DNA of 64,000 bases. Source: Perna viridis (taxonomy: Eukaryota). The position numbers and the translations under genes were made by a program. The notes below the pieces were generated by a model. It searched no databases. It worked only from the letters and a program-made list of their open reading frames with translations, and was not told where the DNA came from. The stretch is taken from positions 3,100,001-3,164,000 of the forward strand of contig CM074513.1 of the NCBI GenBank assembly GCA_037379345.1, read 5' to 3'. Of this stretch, positions 13,501 through 25,162 are shown piece by piece (positions within the stretch are counted from its first letter, which is position 1; each line of letters begins with the position of its first letter).

Positions 13501-16500
13501 TAACAATTCATTCATAAAGAATAATCAACTCAACAATGGTTTCTGTTTCTTTTTATTTCTCCACTCTCCACAGTTAAGATGATGTGAGTGGAGTCACAGT
13601 GTCTCCACTCTCCAAAGTTAAGATGATGCGAGTGGAGTCACAGTGTCTCCACTCTCCACATTTAAGATGATGTGAGTTGAGTCACAGTGTCTCCACTCTC
13701 CAAAGTTAAGATGATTTGAGTGGAGTTACAGTGTCTCCACTCTCCAATGTGAAGTTGATGTGAATGCATGGAATCACAGTGTCTCCACTCTCCACAGTTA
13801 AGATGATGGAGTGGAGTCACAGTGTCTCCACTCTTCACAGTTAAGATGATATGAGTGAAGTCACAGTGTCTGCTTCCAATACAGTGGAGTTACCATTTCA
13901 GAACTTGTCAATATCTATATACCAAAAATGTATTAAATGATTCTTGCAGTTTAATATCATTTCATTTACTGTGAAAGTATTATTGTTCATGGGGTACTAA
14001 TTTTCATGGTTTTCCTGGGCTAGGTAAACCAGGAAATTTGGTTCCCAACAAAAAAGGAAATTTTCCATTCGTCTGTATGGCAGAGTTGTCAAATTCATGA
14101 ATTCAAGAATCTACAAATTGATAATTTTTCCCTAAATCACAAAAACTGATACCCATGAATAGAAGTATTTTCACAGTAAGACAGAAAATAATAGAGCAGT
14201 ATTGAAGCAAAAGTTTTTTCATTACTGTAGAGTAAATATGAATACTGTAGAGTACTGTAGAGTAAATACGAATACTGTAGAGTACTGTAGAGTAAATACA
14301 GATACTGTATAGTAAATACGGATACTGTAGAGTAAATACGGATACTGTAGGGTAAATACGGATACTGTAGAGTAAATACGGATACTGTAGACATGGTCGA
14401 GGAAAATAAACTCCACTATGAAGAGGCTATTGTAAAATCTAGGAAAATTACAGTGTACATGTATGTTATACATTGTTTCTGTCACAATTTTCATTACTTG
14501 GTACTTGTTCCTTGGGTTGTGACTTGAGATATTAGTTTAAATTTGGCCATCCTTCATTTCATGGGCTACATTTCATGAATTGTGACAATATGGTGTACTT
14601 TGGACTCTTCTATATAACTATACCTTTAGTGAACTTCTTAAATCATAATAAATGCTTCTACATGTACATGAAATAAATAAATCAAATTGATTAGCTCAGG
14701 TCCTACTGCCATAAAAGCCCTAATATAAGACAGACTCAGCTTATGCAAGAATTTCACTGGACAGAATTACCTAATATTTAATTCTAAATAATTACAAGTA
14801 CAGGATATGTGGGCCAGTGGATCAATAGTATTCACAATTAAATACAAATACATGTACCTGTATTTTTCAGCTGACTTTTGAAACAACTGCCATACATCAA
14901 GAAACCATAAAATAAATTCAAATCTTTTTCATATTGTACAATATTTACAAAACCTACCACACTCAACCCAATTTAATTAAACAAGTACCAGTCCATAAAA
15001 AATCATAATGTGGTCAGAGCATCCTATATCACTTACTTCCTTACAAGAAAAAAGTACTTAAAAATATTTAATTATTCATTATTTCTAACTTCCAGTAATT
15101 AAGATTTTCAATGAAGAAAAGATTTACATTGTCATTTACCGGTTATGGCAGAAAAATGCAGTTTTAAGTGTTCTCAATAACTTAAGATTCATAAAATACA
15201 TGTACATAGTGTATACATGTGATTTGGGTTAAACTTTCAGGAAAGCTCTCTTTTTCTTATCTTAAGTTTTATAAGTTTCCTATGACTTTATTTCAAGTTA
15301 CATGTATATAATGTACTTATTTGGCTAGTCTAAATGCTTTATCTCAAATACATGTATAAATCGAGGGCAAGATTATGTACATCAGTACTAATTCCAATAC
15401 ATGTATTTCAATTCACAATAAAGGAAACATTTAAAGCAATACTTGCCTTTTCTGTGTCATCCTCTCCATCAATGTAAGACTTAAAAGTCTGTAAAATAAA
15501 CATCTATTTATTAGAATAACACTAGTGAAATTGACTGGTTTTTTTTTCAAATATGTCCTGCTTCCTTGTACATGAAAGGCAACTTAATATAATTGGTAAT
15601 CAGCCATATTTGTCACCCTTTAATAAGAAATGTCCTGTTGCTTCTATAATTTCATGGTGCATGATATTTCAATACTAAATGTTTCACTGAAAAACTGAAA
15701 CAAAGTGTCCTAATATAGAATTAACTTATTTAAAATTGAAAAAACATATAAAGTATTATTTTAATATGTATGAATTTTTTTTGCTATTTTTTAAAATATG
15801 TACATAAATCATATTAAGATTAAAAATGTATTGATCAAATAACTGATTGTAGTTTTCCACCTATGTCAGATATTTCATGAATTTCAAGACAAGAATGTTT
15901 GATCAATAAAACAGAATCTGCTTTGTACAAGTCCAACATGCTGAGCTGGATTTTCAATGGGCTACACTATCTCACTAAAGCACAACTGCAGTAAGGCATT
16001 TTACCTGACTAGGACACATTATTCTGGATCTGAGCCAACCAGTGGTCACTTTATTTCCTGCATGCTGTGTGCTTGGTAGAGAAGCAGTGATTACCAATTT
16101 TTAAGTCTTTGGTATGATTTGGCCAGGGATCAAACCCATGACCTCTTGAACCAGAGACAAGCATGCAACCACTAGACCATCAAGGCAGTGAATTCTACTT
16201 CAAGAACATAACTATCAGGTTGTTGACATACAAATATTTTAATTTAGGCCTAATGTGATTGGCATACATGTAGTACAAAATGTACCTAAGGCCAAAAATA
16301 ATATGTCTGTTTCCTGCTACCCTACCTACCCTATTTTTTGTGCCTATCCTAAACATTTTATGGCATTTTTGGCTCAAGCACTCTTAAAAGCTAGATTATT
16401 TCCCCATTAATTCAATGTAAAAATATTTTTGAAAAATTAAATAATTTTTTTCTTGCTGGTAGCAGGAAACAAGACTATAATTTTTTTTTTTTTGGCCTAA

Positions 16501-19500
16501 GTCAGTCGAGAACATAATATAAGTGAGAACCATTAAGCATCTGACAAAATCACAGCACTTGAAATTCACCTTATGGCAAGTACATGTACATTGCAGAGAC
16601 ATTTTTTTTCAATATTACATGTACATGTAAACAATACAGCTACAGATAAAAGTAAAACAGTGTATTCCTATAATGTCTGGACAGCTAAAAATTTTTTTAT
16701 TCTTATGTCCCCTAATCCACTAATGTACACTCTGGATAGTGAAAATGACATTGCATAACTTTTTTTTAAATTCAATACCATATTTGGTAATGCCCATTAC
16801 AAGCATAAATAGTAATTAACACAATTTAAACAAATTCTTCAATGGTTGAAATGGAAATAAAAGTGCTAAAATGATAAATTAAAATCAACAAACACCAAGG
16901 ATGGAGACAAAAATGACAGAGTTATACCATCATACGACTGAAAAATGTTTGCTGTGGTATAAAAATGGTAAAAAAACCTACAGATAATGTCATACTTCCA
17001 TCAATTACTGGTTTCACAATTCAACCATATACATAAACTACCGGTACTCCTGCAAGCCTTCATCCCATGGAATATCAGAAAAAGCCATTCATGCTATTTT
17101 ATAAATGTTATCAGCACATGTATACCACAAATACCCAATCACTACACCACTTTCCATCTAATATACACGTACATGTAAGCATAACATATAATTAAAGCAA
17201 GTTCAACTCAATTGGAATCTCGTCCACTACTTGTTTCCCATTGTATCAGGTTTATCAAACAGGAAACATAGCTGATAATATCAGGAAATAAACGTGTACA
17301 AGTCATCATCACAAAGTTTCATATCAAATTTGAAGATATTTTGCTCAGTAGAAATTGAGAAAAATGTTTGTCTTAAATTTCATGGAATATTATAAAGTTT
17401 AATTCTCATAAAACAAGAAAGTTTTGGTCTTGAAAAACAGAACCTTATAAACTTAGTATCACTCGACATTCCAAGTCTTCACACCAAATAAATGTATGAA
17501 GTCATTCTGGGCAGAAGATACTTAAAATGGTAATAGTAATATGTGGTAGTCTAGGATCTTGGATCCTCAATTTCTGACTAAGACCTTTAAAATTTTCTTT
17601 AATTAGGTCCTAGACCATCAATCCTTTTCATCAACACTTCACTGTGGACTTCAAGAGTCCACAAGAAGAAAATGATACATGTAGGTCCCCAATAAGGGTA
17701 AAGGTAAAGTATGGTATGTCAAGGATCTTAGTATACAAACTAACTCATCCTGCATCAGAAATAAAGGATCCTGGACCACAGATCAGTAGTTATGACTCTT
17801 CTTACAATTATGAACAAACAGTTCATATAAAATAAGCTTTTGGTTAACACAGATTTTTTATGTGATCCTGCATTCATGTTAAGGAATCGATGTTCACTGG
17901 TTTATTTAAGAATAACAAAGATTTCAAACGGTTAAGATCTTTCAAGCTAGTACAATATATGAAGAAAAAAATAGAGGAGTCAATGTGTTTGGTTTTGAAA
18001 TATTTGAAGGCATTTGAAGTTTTGGTGAGAAAGGATTTCTCTAGATTTTCCATAGGTTTTGTCTTCGAAGGTTTTATCTATTAAAAACACTGAAGAAGTA
18101 ACAAGAATTTCATAAAAACTTCCAAAATTACATTTTAAGGTATGTTTAAAGAAATTATGAAAACAAAAGTGGGGGTCACTGGGCAAAAAATATCAATACT
18201 ACGGAATGAATAAAACCAGAGGAGTCTGAAAATCTGATAAAATGGTTGAACATGACCAGTGAACATCCTAATATGCACAGTTGAAGCTAGTTAGTTTAGT
18301 TCTGGTTACACATGAACTATAAAGTTCAGAACCTTGACTTGGATATTGGCATAGTACTGTTAAAAATAAACATAAAGAAAATTTGATAAACATTCGATAA
18401 AACAATGTCTTGATATGTGCTTTATGCTGGCCAATACTAGTACTGTAAATTTTGAAATTATTGTAAAAAATGTGTGGGCTTAAATTTAAAACTTGCATTT
18501 ATTGAATTTTAAGCATGACTGTAGATGGATTTTTTTCAAAACCATATCTCAAAATTACATAAATTAAAATAAAATCATTTTAAGGCTAAAATGGCAAAAT
18601 CACAATAATTACATGAAATAATGCACACAAAAATTCTGGATTTACTTGTGACTGACCAGGCTTAAGGCATGTCTGATTAGAAAATCATGATTCATCATTT
18701 TACAGACTAAAGGTATGTTTGATTAATGCATGTCCATACATGTACCTATAATTTACCAGTGTACAGATACATCTAAAGGTGTGTCTGATTAGTACTCTTT
18801 AAATCATGATTCACCACTGTACAGATTCAAGATATGTCTGACTAGTTCACTAGTAAATCCCTTTTCACAAGTGTTGTCTGATGAGCGAATCAAAATTCAA
18901 ATGTGTACAAATTCAAGGTGTGTCTGATAAATGGATCATGACTGACATGTACAAAAATGTACAAGTGTACAAAAGATTCTAGTTGCTCTTTAGTGTCGCA
19001 CTCAATTACAAGTACAGTGTTATTAGCATAGGCTAAGACCAGACACAAGAACGAAGGTAGGTATTATAACGGTGAATACACATGAGGGAAAATTTAACAG
19101 GAATTTATAGTTGACTGTTTATAAGTGAAGATTCAGAGTCAAGTATTCAAGGTTGAAACTCATTGTACTTTACACTTAACTACTTGTTTTTCAGGCCTAA
19201 CTCATTCCCACTTCCACAAAAATATCCCCTCATTTTTTTTTCTTGTATAATCTCATTTCACACTTACTAACACATTCATGTACAAATATGTACATTGCAA
19301 TCAATATCCCTGCTAATATCAATTTCATGAAATTTAATTTAAAATCCTGATTATTAAATATTGATAATTGTATGTAAGGATGTTTGAATTCATTTGCTTT
19401 TGATAAAGAAACAAAAACATAAATATGGCTTGCTCTCATGAATAATTTAGACATTTCTTGCTTGAAGAACAAGAAATCAACTACAAGAAGTAGACATTTT

Positions 19501-21287
19501 AGCCTTTCACAATATTTTAAGAAAATGCAAACACATTTTTCTCCTTAAAAAAGTTGTTTGGAACCAATGGCTCCAAAAAACTGTCTGAAAATTATACAGA
19601 AAAAGAAACATAAATATTATACATGTACATGTGTACATGTATAAATGTACAAGGGCTGAAGTACATACATGTACATTTAACTACTGTGTTAAGTATTTTT
19701 TTTAATACATGTATTTCATTAGACATATAGGTATATGACAATTGATTTTCCAGATTAAACATTCTGTCTTATTCATTGTTTATGATTTTCAACATGAAGG
19801 ACCAACCATAAATTGGGACATTTTGGTGACAGGTCATACATTTGAAATTTAATATAAAAAAATATGCAAAAATAAAACACCCATCATGTAGAAAACACCA
19901 ATATATTTATTTGAGATAATTTATCAAAATTGAATTTATAAAATTTTGATAGAAAATTACCAAAATATCCCAATTTGCTGCAGTACACATAAAGTCTTTG
20001 TGATGAGCTTACAAGGGATGATTGGATGGCAGGGAATTGACAACCTACCTCCATGCGATGATAAGACTGTATTTCGACAGGCATTGTCTATGTGTGAAAA
20101 AGAGCACAGTTAATAATATTGTCATAGGACCAGCACATGTACAAGATCATCATATATTTGCTTACAACAGACATTTCTTCATAAATGTTGGGCTGTAATT
20201 TTAAGGTGGTAATTGAGTGGACACATGCTAATTTTCCAAAAAGAAATTTGCAGTCAAAATATTTGTTTGTTTGCTGACATCAAACACATGTACATGTAGT
20301 AAGAAATTTCATGTACAGATACATTTATTAACAAAAACAGTTAATATATTATAAAACAGAAACTAAAAGTGGAGTAAATGTGCATATACATGTATGTAGC
20401 CATAACACACTTATGAAAGAGTAACCAATAAGATGCATAAATAAGGAAAATTGAATATTTCTGTACACATGTACACTGAAGAAACATTGTACATTGTATA
20501 CATGTAAGTACATTAACAAAAATGTACATGTTGGAGACTTACATGTACAGTATACATGTACTGTATGTACACATGTACAGGCATTGTGTATATCTTCAGT
20601 TTTGCCAATGTTTGTAATAGCCTACACTAGGCTAATGTCTGCCCCATACCAAAGTTTGTGATATTATGATACATACTGGGGCTACAAAAATAGCCCTCAA
20701 CATTTTCAACTCATTCTTAAATCTACCACTACAGCAGATAACCAATGTCATATAAATGATTTAAACAAACTTTTGGGAAACTTCAAGAAAAAGCGAACAG
20801 GTAGTTTCATTTTGTCAAAAGCATTCACATTTTAAATTAAAAAAATGAACTTAATGTAAGGTATGTTTTACTTGCAAGTGTAAAAGTAAACAAACCATGA
20901 CAAGAAATCAAGGGAGAAGGAAAGAGACTTACCCAGTGGAAGATTGCACATATTCACTGTACAATATGTACATGTAGAATGTACTGATGTACATATACAT
21001 AGGTATGTGAAAAACTGAAAATATCCGTGTGTTCCCAATCAAGCTACTGTACCAAATAATATGTCATAAATACCAGTACCAAATAGAGGACCTAATCTCT
21101 ATCAAACGATCTTTTCTCTGTGGTCGAGGACTGTCTGTCAAACACTAATTACCCTCCCATGGCCAAAATTAACAATGTAAAACACTGGAAATGCTTAAAA
21201 CGATTAAATCAAAGGACGTTTCATAGTTCATACCTCTTTCTTCTTATCTGGCTCATTTCTATATAGGTAGGATTTAAAATTAGACAT
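1568..21287 (-). CDS. MTMR10: Myotubularin-related protein 10/11/12-like (PH-GRAM plus start of myotubularin domain); 5' part, gene continues beyond the left edge
   Basis: Phase-consistent exons with AG/GT ends: 21287-21234 (MSNFKSYLYRNEPDKKKE), 15488-15447 (TFKSYIDGEDDTEK, GC donor), 13461-13398 (..LAPKLLPG), 12812-12673 (ESKVAEA..GKLFLTNFKVAFV), 10892-10817 (DIPLTSIDTIYQ), 10484-10402 (LEIHCK), 9763-9707 (NFSVHVFGFKF), 8408-8321 (LLFAFYY), 7972-7843 (DWEREINR..WWVTDVN), 6187-6100 (LPERFVVP..RRIP), 5707-5619 (WCYTHTNGVSLVRMA), 1695-~1568 (CPSLKDLQSSFEKLKELC). The FKSY..PKLLPGE..GKLFLTNFKV motifs are typical of the MTMR10-12 subfamily. Confidence 0.88.
1733..2220. mobile_element. MITE with ATCATATGAT-type internal repeats (degenerate; inverted relative to 9804-10046)
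   Basis: Ends resemble CACAG.CA..GTGCCACA / TGGCAGTTTTAGCTGTG; the interior is the reverse complement of the 9804-10046 copy, with ~200 bp of extra sequence. Confidence 0.6.
2750..2997. mobile_element. MITE, TIR CACAGGCAAA, TA target duplication, filled with TTCACATGAA-type repeats
   Basis: TA-CACAGGCAAA ... TTTGCCTGTG-TA; internal 10-11 bp quasi-palindromic repeats. Confidence 0.8.
6454..6740. mobile_element. MITE, same family as 2750-2997, opposite orientation
   Basis: TA-CACAGGCAAAA ... TCTGCCTGTG-TA; the reverse complement of its right end matches the left end of 2750-2997. Confidence 0.8.
7540..7700. mobile_element. Dispersed SINE-like repeat fragment
   Basis: CAACCC..AAAAATGTCAGCTCAA..GGTC..GTCTTCAATGAATGAC..GGCAGGCTGCAGCTGGCCC also at ~32810-32950 and ~54365-54525; reverse copy at ~6945-7020; related longer copy at ~11170-11490 and reverse piece at ~42075-42155. 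Confidence 0.65.
9804..10046. mobile_element. MITE with 19-bp TIR (17/19) and TA duplication, ATCATATGAT internal repeats
   Basis: TA-CACAGCCAAATGTGCCACA ... TGTGGCACATCTGCCTGTG-TA. Confidence 0.8.
13559..13872. repeat. 44-bp minisatellite, ~7 copies, with internal inverted repeat
   Basis: Unit CTCCACTCTCCACAGTTAAGATGATGTGAGTGGAGTCACAGTGT. Confidence 0.95.
13969..14176. mobile_element. MITE with CTGT..ACAG termini and TA duplication
   Basis: TA-CTGTGAAAGTA ... TATTTTCACAG-TA; a similar element lies at 36643-36823. Confidence 0.65.
14223..14392. repeat. 20-bp tandem repeat
   Basis: Unit TACTGTAGAGTAAATACGGA, ~8 copies with 10-bp half-unit variants. Confidence 0.95.
15915..16190 (-). mobile_element. 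tRNA-derived SINE
   Basis: Minus strand starts GATGGTCTAGTGGTT (A-box-like) ... GGGTTTGATCCC (B-box-like), followed by a body resembling the common bivalve SINE core (GGACACATTATTCTG..GAGCCAACCAG on +). Confidence 0.75.
16290..16497. mobile_element. MITE with GGCC termini and TAA target duplication (PIF/Harbinger- or Zator-like)
   Basis: TAA-GGCCAAAAA..TTTCCTGCTACC ... GGTAGCAGGAAA..TTTTTGGCC-TAA. Confidence 0.75.
17889..18267. mobile_element. MITE-like element with 13-bp perfect terminal inverted repeat
   Basis: GATGTTCACTGGT ... ACCAGTGAACATC. Confidence 0.6.
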
Positions 21288-21529
21288 AATAATTGCTAGA
21301 TTTCAGCCCATATCCTCTTCACACCCACTTTTCAAACAGGGAAGTAACTCTGAACGTAAATTGTAAATAGTGCAGTTGTCTCCCCTTAATATTTTACCGT
21401 ACAATTTCAAAAAATACTGAAAACTCGTATGTTTTACCGATTATGTTTGTTTGTAGCACGTGGTGTGTAGTTAAATCATAGATCTGAGATAAAATTTTCT
21501 TTTTTAATTTGAAAACTAATCAAAACCTA

Positions 21530-23000
21530 TATGAACTGTTTATTCACCAATAAAGGGCCCATAAAGGGCATGATTACAATACATTTTGTTTGACATACAA
21601 CAGTTTTGATTGACCATATACAATAACATATAATATCAACAGTTAATTTACAAACTAAATAATTGTCACATTTTTTTAGCATTTACTTGCATTATGAGTA
21701 ATACATCATAGTAATCAACACATAGTGTTTAGTTATCATCCTGGCACACCTCAGTTTCATTTACAAAATTGGATTATGATAATGGAGATTATAATTATGA
21801 TCATCTAATTATTATATGAATAAAGAATGTAAATGTATATTCACTTAAGGGCATATATATTTGCAATAGTGATAATAATGCATTAAAAAAGAAAGAAAGA
21901 AAAGAATAAATAAATAAGTGCAGTGGACATAATTCTCACTAGAAGCCTCCTTGTGCCCAGTGCAGAGAAGCAAGTCTTTTGAGTTGCTTCAAGACAAAGG
22001 ACACCAAGGGACGGTGCTCTAGGATTCAAGTGTGAAAATTAAGGATCAAATTTGCATATACTGGGCTTTTAATTACCCAAAATTCTTACATTACATATTA
22101 CAATATAAGCAGAAAAAGATATGGGAAGATATTAATGATAGATAAAAAATAATAATAATAATAAATAACATATACAAACAGAAAAAAGAAAAATTATAAT
22201 TTAAACACCACTTGATAGAACAAGATCACTTAAACCAGATGAAATAATAAAGTTTTCACAATTTAAGATCCATATCAATTTGTTTTCATCACTGAGGTTA
22301 ATAAAATGTGGACATGTAGATATTATTAACTCATATAGTATATCTCTCTCTTTTTTATTTGATGAGCATGAAAAAAGAAAATGTAGTTCATCGTCTACTT
22401 CTCCTGAGGCGCACCTGCGACATAATCTATTTTGTCTAGGAATACCATGATAACGCCCTGTTTCTATCTCTAGTCTATGAGATGAGATGCGCAGCTTTGT
22501 AATTTTTCTCCTTTGCTCAAAATTTACTTGAGATAAGTATTTCTCTAGCCCAAAATTGTTTTTAATTTTAGCATATACATTAAGTTTGCCTTCACTGTTC
22601 TATCTCAAATTTCTTACCCATGTCTCTCTATAGTGCTGAGAAAGAGTCAGTTTAGAGATTCGTTCAAATGAGAATTGAGTCATGTTTGCTAGACTATCTT
22701 TTATATCCTGAACAATGTTCATAATGTATTTTATTGATCCATACCATGAGGGTTAATTTTGTCTAAACAAATTTTTAGATTCTGCATAGGCCTTTTGAAG
22801 CAATGGAGAGTCCGACTGTAAATTTTCTAGTCTATACCAATATTTTATCATCGATTTGATAATATCAAAGTGAAGTGGAAAGCGACCTAGTTCTGACAAT
22901 ACTTCTAAATTTGTTGACCTTTTATGAACACCCAAAATGAATTTTGAAAATGTTACATGAGGTTTTTCACATATAAGTCTTTGGTATATATCATCGAGTC
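21530..23000 (-). mobile_element. 5'-truncated non-LTR retrotransposon (ORF2 C-terminus plus 3' UTR), degraded; clade uncertain
   Basis: Minus strand encodes KFILGVHKRSTNLEVLSELGRFPL..KYWYRL and KLRISSHRLEIETGRY..RLCRRC..EVDDELHFLFSC (C-terminal CCHC knuckle), with stops and frameshifts; AT-rich 3' UTR ends near AATAAA at ~21540. Confidence 0.85.
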
Positions 23001-23474
23001 ATATATGCAAATATATATTTAACTCCTTGATGCCAGTAATTTAAACAGCACTTTGATAAACATGGTCACGCTCCTTGGTTTATGAATAATCGAACCGTCC
23101 GTGCGAGACCCGACAGGGTAGTCAAGGACGTTAAAAAAACCCTTAGCAGTATGAATAATCAAAAGATCCAAAGAATCAATTGAAAATATAAAACAAAAAA
23201 CAAAAAAACAAAACGTACGAAATGGTACACTTTTGGTTACATAGTAAATGTCTAAAATAGCGCTTTTTAAAACTTATTCGTTTTCCCTATTTACGAAATA
23301 CTGCAGTATTTCAAATTTAAAAATACGTAAAACACCGAGGCTTCATTCCTTGCATTGCATATGGTAGAACCTCTCGGTGATGTAGTTGGCTTTCTCTTTC
23401 GATTGATTTGGTTGTGGGTACTTCTTGCATACAACTAATATTTTGATTATGAACTTCTTACATATTTGATTTTA

Positions 23475-23518
23475 ATGCTGTTGATGAGAGGTTACTCCTT
23501 GAAACACGTGTACAGCAT
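23475..23518 (+). ncRNA. Minimal type I hammerhead ribozyme (variant core), Penelope-associated type
   Basis: ATGCTG-TTGATGA-GAGG TTACT CCTT-GAAAC-ACGT-GTA-CAGCAT: stem I 6 bp perfect, stem II 4 bp, palindromic minimal stem III, GUA cleavage triplet; C3 is replaced by U. Confidence 0.65.
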
Positions 23519-24537
23519 ATCGAAATTTACAATATATAAAACTGGTATTTTTTGTATTTAAACCATCAGGCCAGGTTTTAACAAGAGTACAATTATATGT
23601 TTCAATCAATATCAATGCATTTATAACATACATAGGCACCTATCGTGTTTTTTCGCTATAAATCTCCTTTCTTTCTTTCTTTCTTTCTTTCTTCTTTTAA
23701 AAAAAAAAATTGGCAAGATTTTTTACTTGCCACTGTCCAAGTGCAACGATAAGCTTTATTGCATCCGTTGCACTTTCAATGTACTGTAGGTGTTAGATAT
23801 AATATACATTTCTTACTTTTTATAAGTAAACAAGTGATATTGTAAACCGCCTGGGCTAGCTGTTGCGCCCAATGGTTTACTATGAAGGAATGCAAGCTTG
23901 GAATGAATGCACATATAGCGATGGATTAGACGTGTTTATTCATGGTTTGTATTTAGTTACTTTACATGTAAAACGTGTTTTAAGATGAAAATAATTAATA
24001 CTATAGCTACTTATGTTTTTTTTCTTTCAGTTCCATCGCTAGAATGTGCATGGACACTGAAAAGGTTTAACCGACAATTTTTTTTATCTTTTGAAGGAAA
24101 TTGAGTGTTTCGTCCTAACTGCTTTGTGCACTAAAGAAAAACGTTTAAAGATAGCAGGCATATTTTTATATGTATTAATGCTTGGTTGTTTTTGTTTTTA
24201 TTTGTTTCGTTTGTATTTTTCCTTGGAAAGATATATGACCTGATAAACACTGAAGGATGTCACTTGTATGTACTTATAACTAGCTAACAACAAGGATGGG
24301 TCATACACAAATTTATACAGGGGGGGCGGGGTCCAGGGAATTATTTGCTCAATTTTGCCAAAAACATCTTAAAAAGGGGGATCCACTGAACCCCTTGAAC
24401 CCTCCCTCTGGATCCCCACTGGCTATACAGTCATGCAGTTATATACATTGATCGTAATAACTATATATGCCTTGCAATTCTAGAAAACAATGCTATACTG
24501 ATGGAAAGTTAACAATATCTATCCAGCCTGAAACTTC

Positions 24538-25162
24538 ATGTCCCTGTTTGTCAGCAAAGAACGATGCGGTGTGCTTTGGGTACCCCATTAAAATGAAAAT
24601 TTTGGACGCAATGCATGGTTTTTCAAACACTACACGACTAAAAAATAATTTCTGTTCACAACTAAATAATCTTGAAAATAAATGTGAAATCTAGCCGTTC
24701 TAAAAACAGAAGTCTATAAATAATTCTTGATATAGGTCAAGTTTAGATATCCATATGAGGTTGATTACCACATATTTCAAATAAAATCAATCTAATTTTA
24801 AAATTCAGTTCATCTTGCAAACCATTGTATCATCAATAAAAATAATATCGTTAAAGTATTTAACTGTTTCAAGTCAGTTTTGAGCAACAAAAACCACAAA
24901 ATGGCGTAGATTTTATGTTAATTATGTCTAGACGCACCCGATTGTACTTCATTTCTCTTCCTTCATCAACGCCAATTTCGCACCAAATCAGTCCCCAGAG
25001 GATATATGGTCCATAAAATGCATAGATTTGTTCTTGATTGGTGTTAAAATTCATTTACTCCCCTAATTTATGTCCCTGTTTATCAACAAAGAACGATGCG
25101 GTGTGCTTTGGGTGCCTCTCTAAAATGTAAATTTTGGACGCAATGCTTGATTTTTCGAACAC
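24538..25162. repeat. ~90-bp direct repeat pair upstream of H1
   Basis: ATGTCCCTGTTT.TCA.CAAAGAACGATGCGGTGTGCTTTGGGT..TAAAATG.AAATTTTGGACGCAATGC at ~24538-24630 and ~25070-25162. Confidence 0.85.

Noticed and set aside
13559-13872. Palindromic periodic repeat resembling a CRISPR array (also 27990-28230)
   Set aside because: The intervening segments are copies of each other, not unique spacers; eukaryotic context with no cas genes.
18870-18900. Other CTGATGA words as hammerheads (also 52, 8182, 13029, and minus 50717)
   Set aside because: No stem II plus GAAA plus cleavage triplet arrangement.
21960-22010. SECIS element in the LINE 3' UTR hairpin (AAAA loop)
   Set aside because: No AUGA/GA kink-turn quartet at the required spacing.
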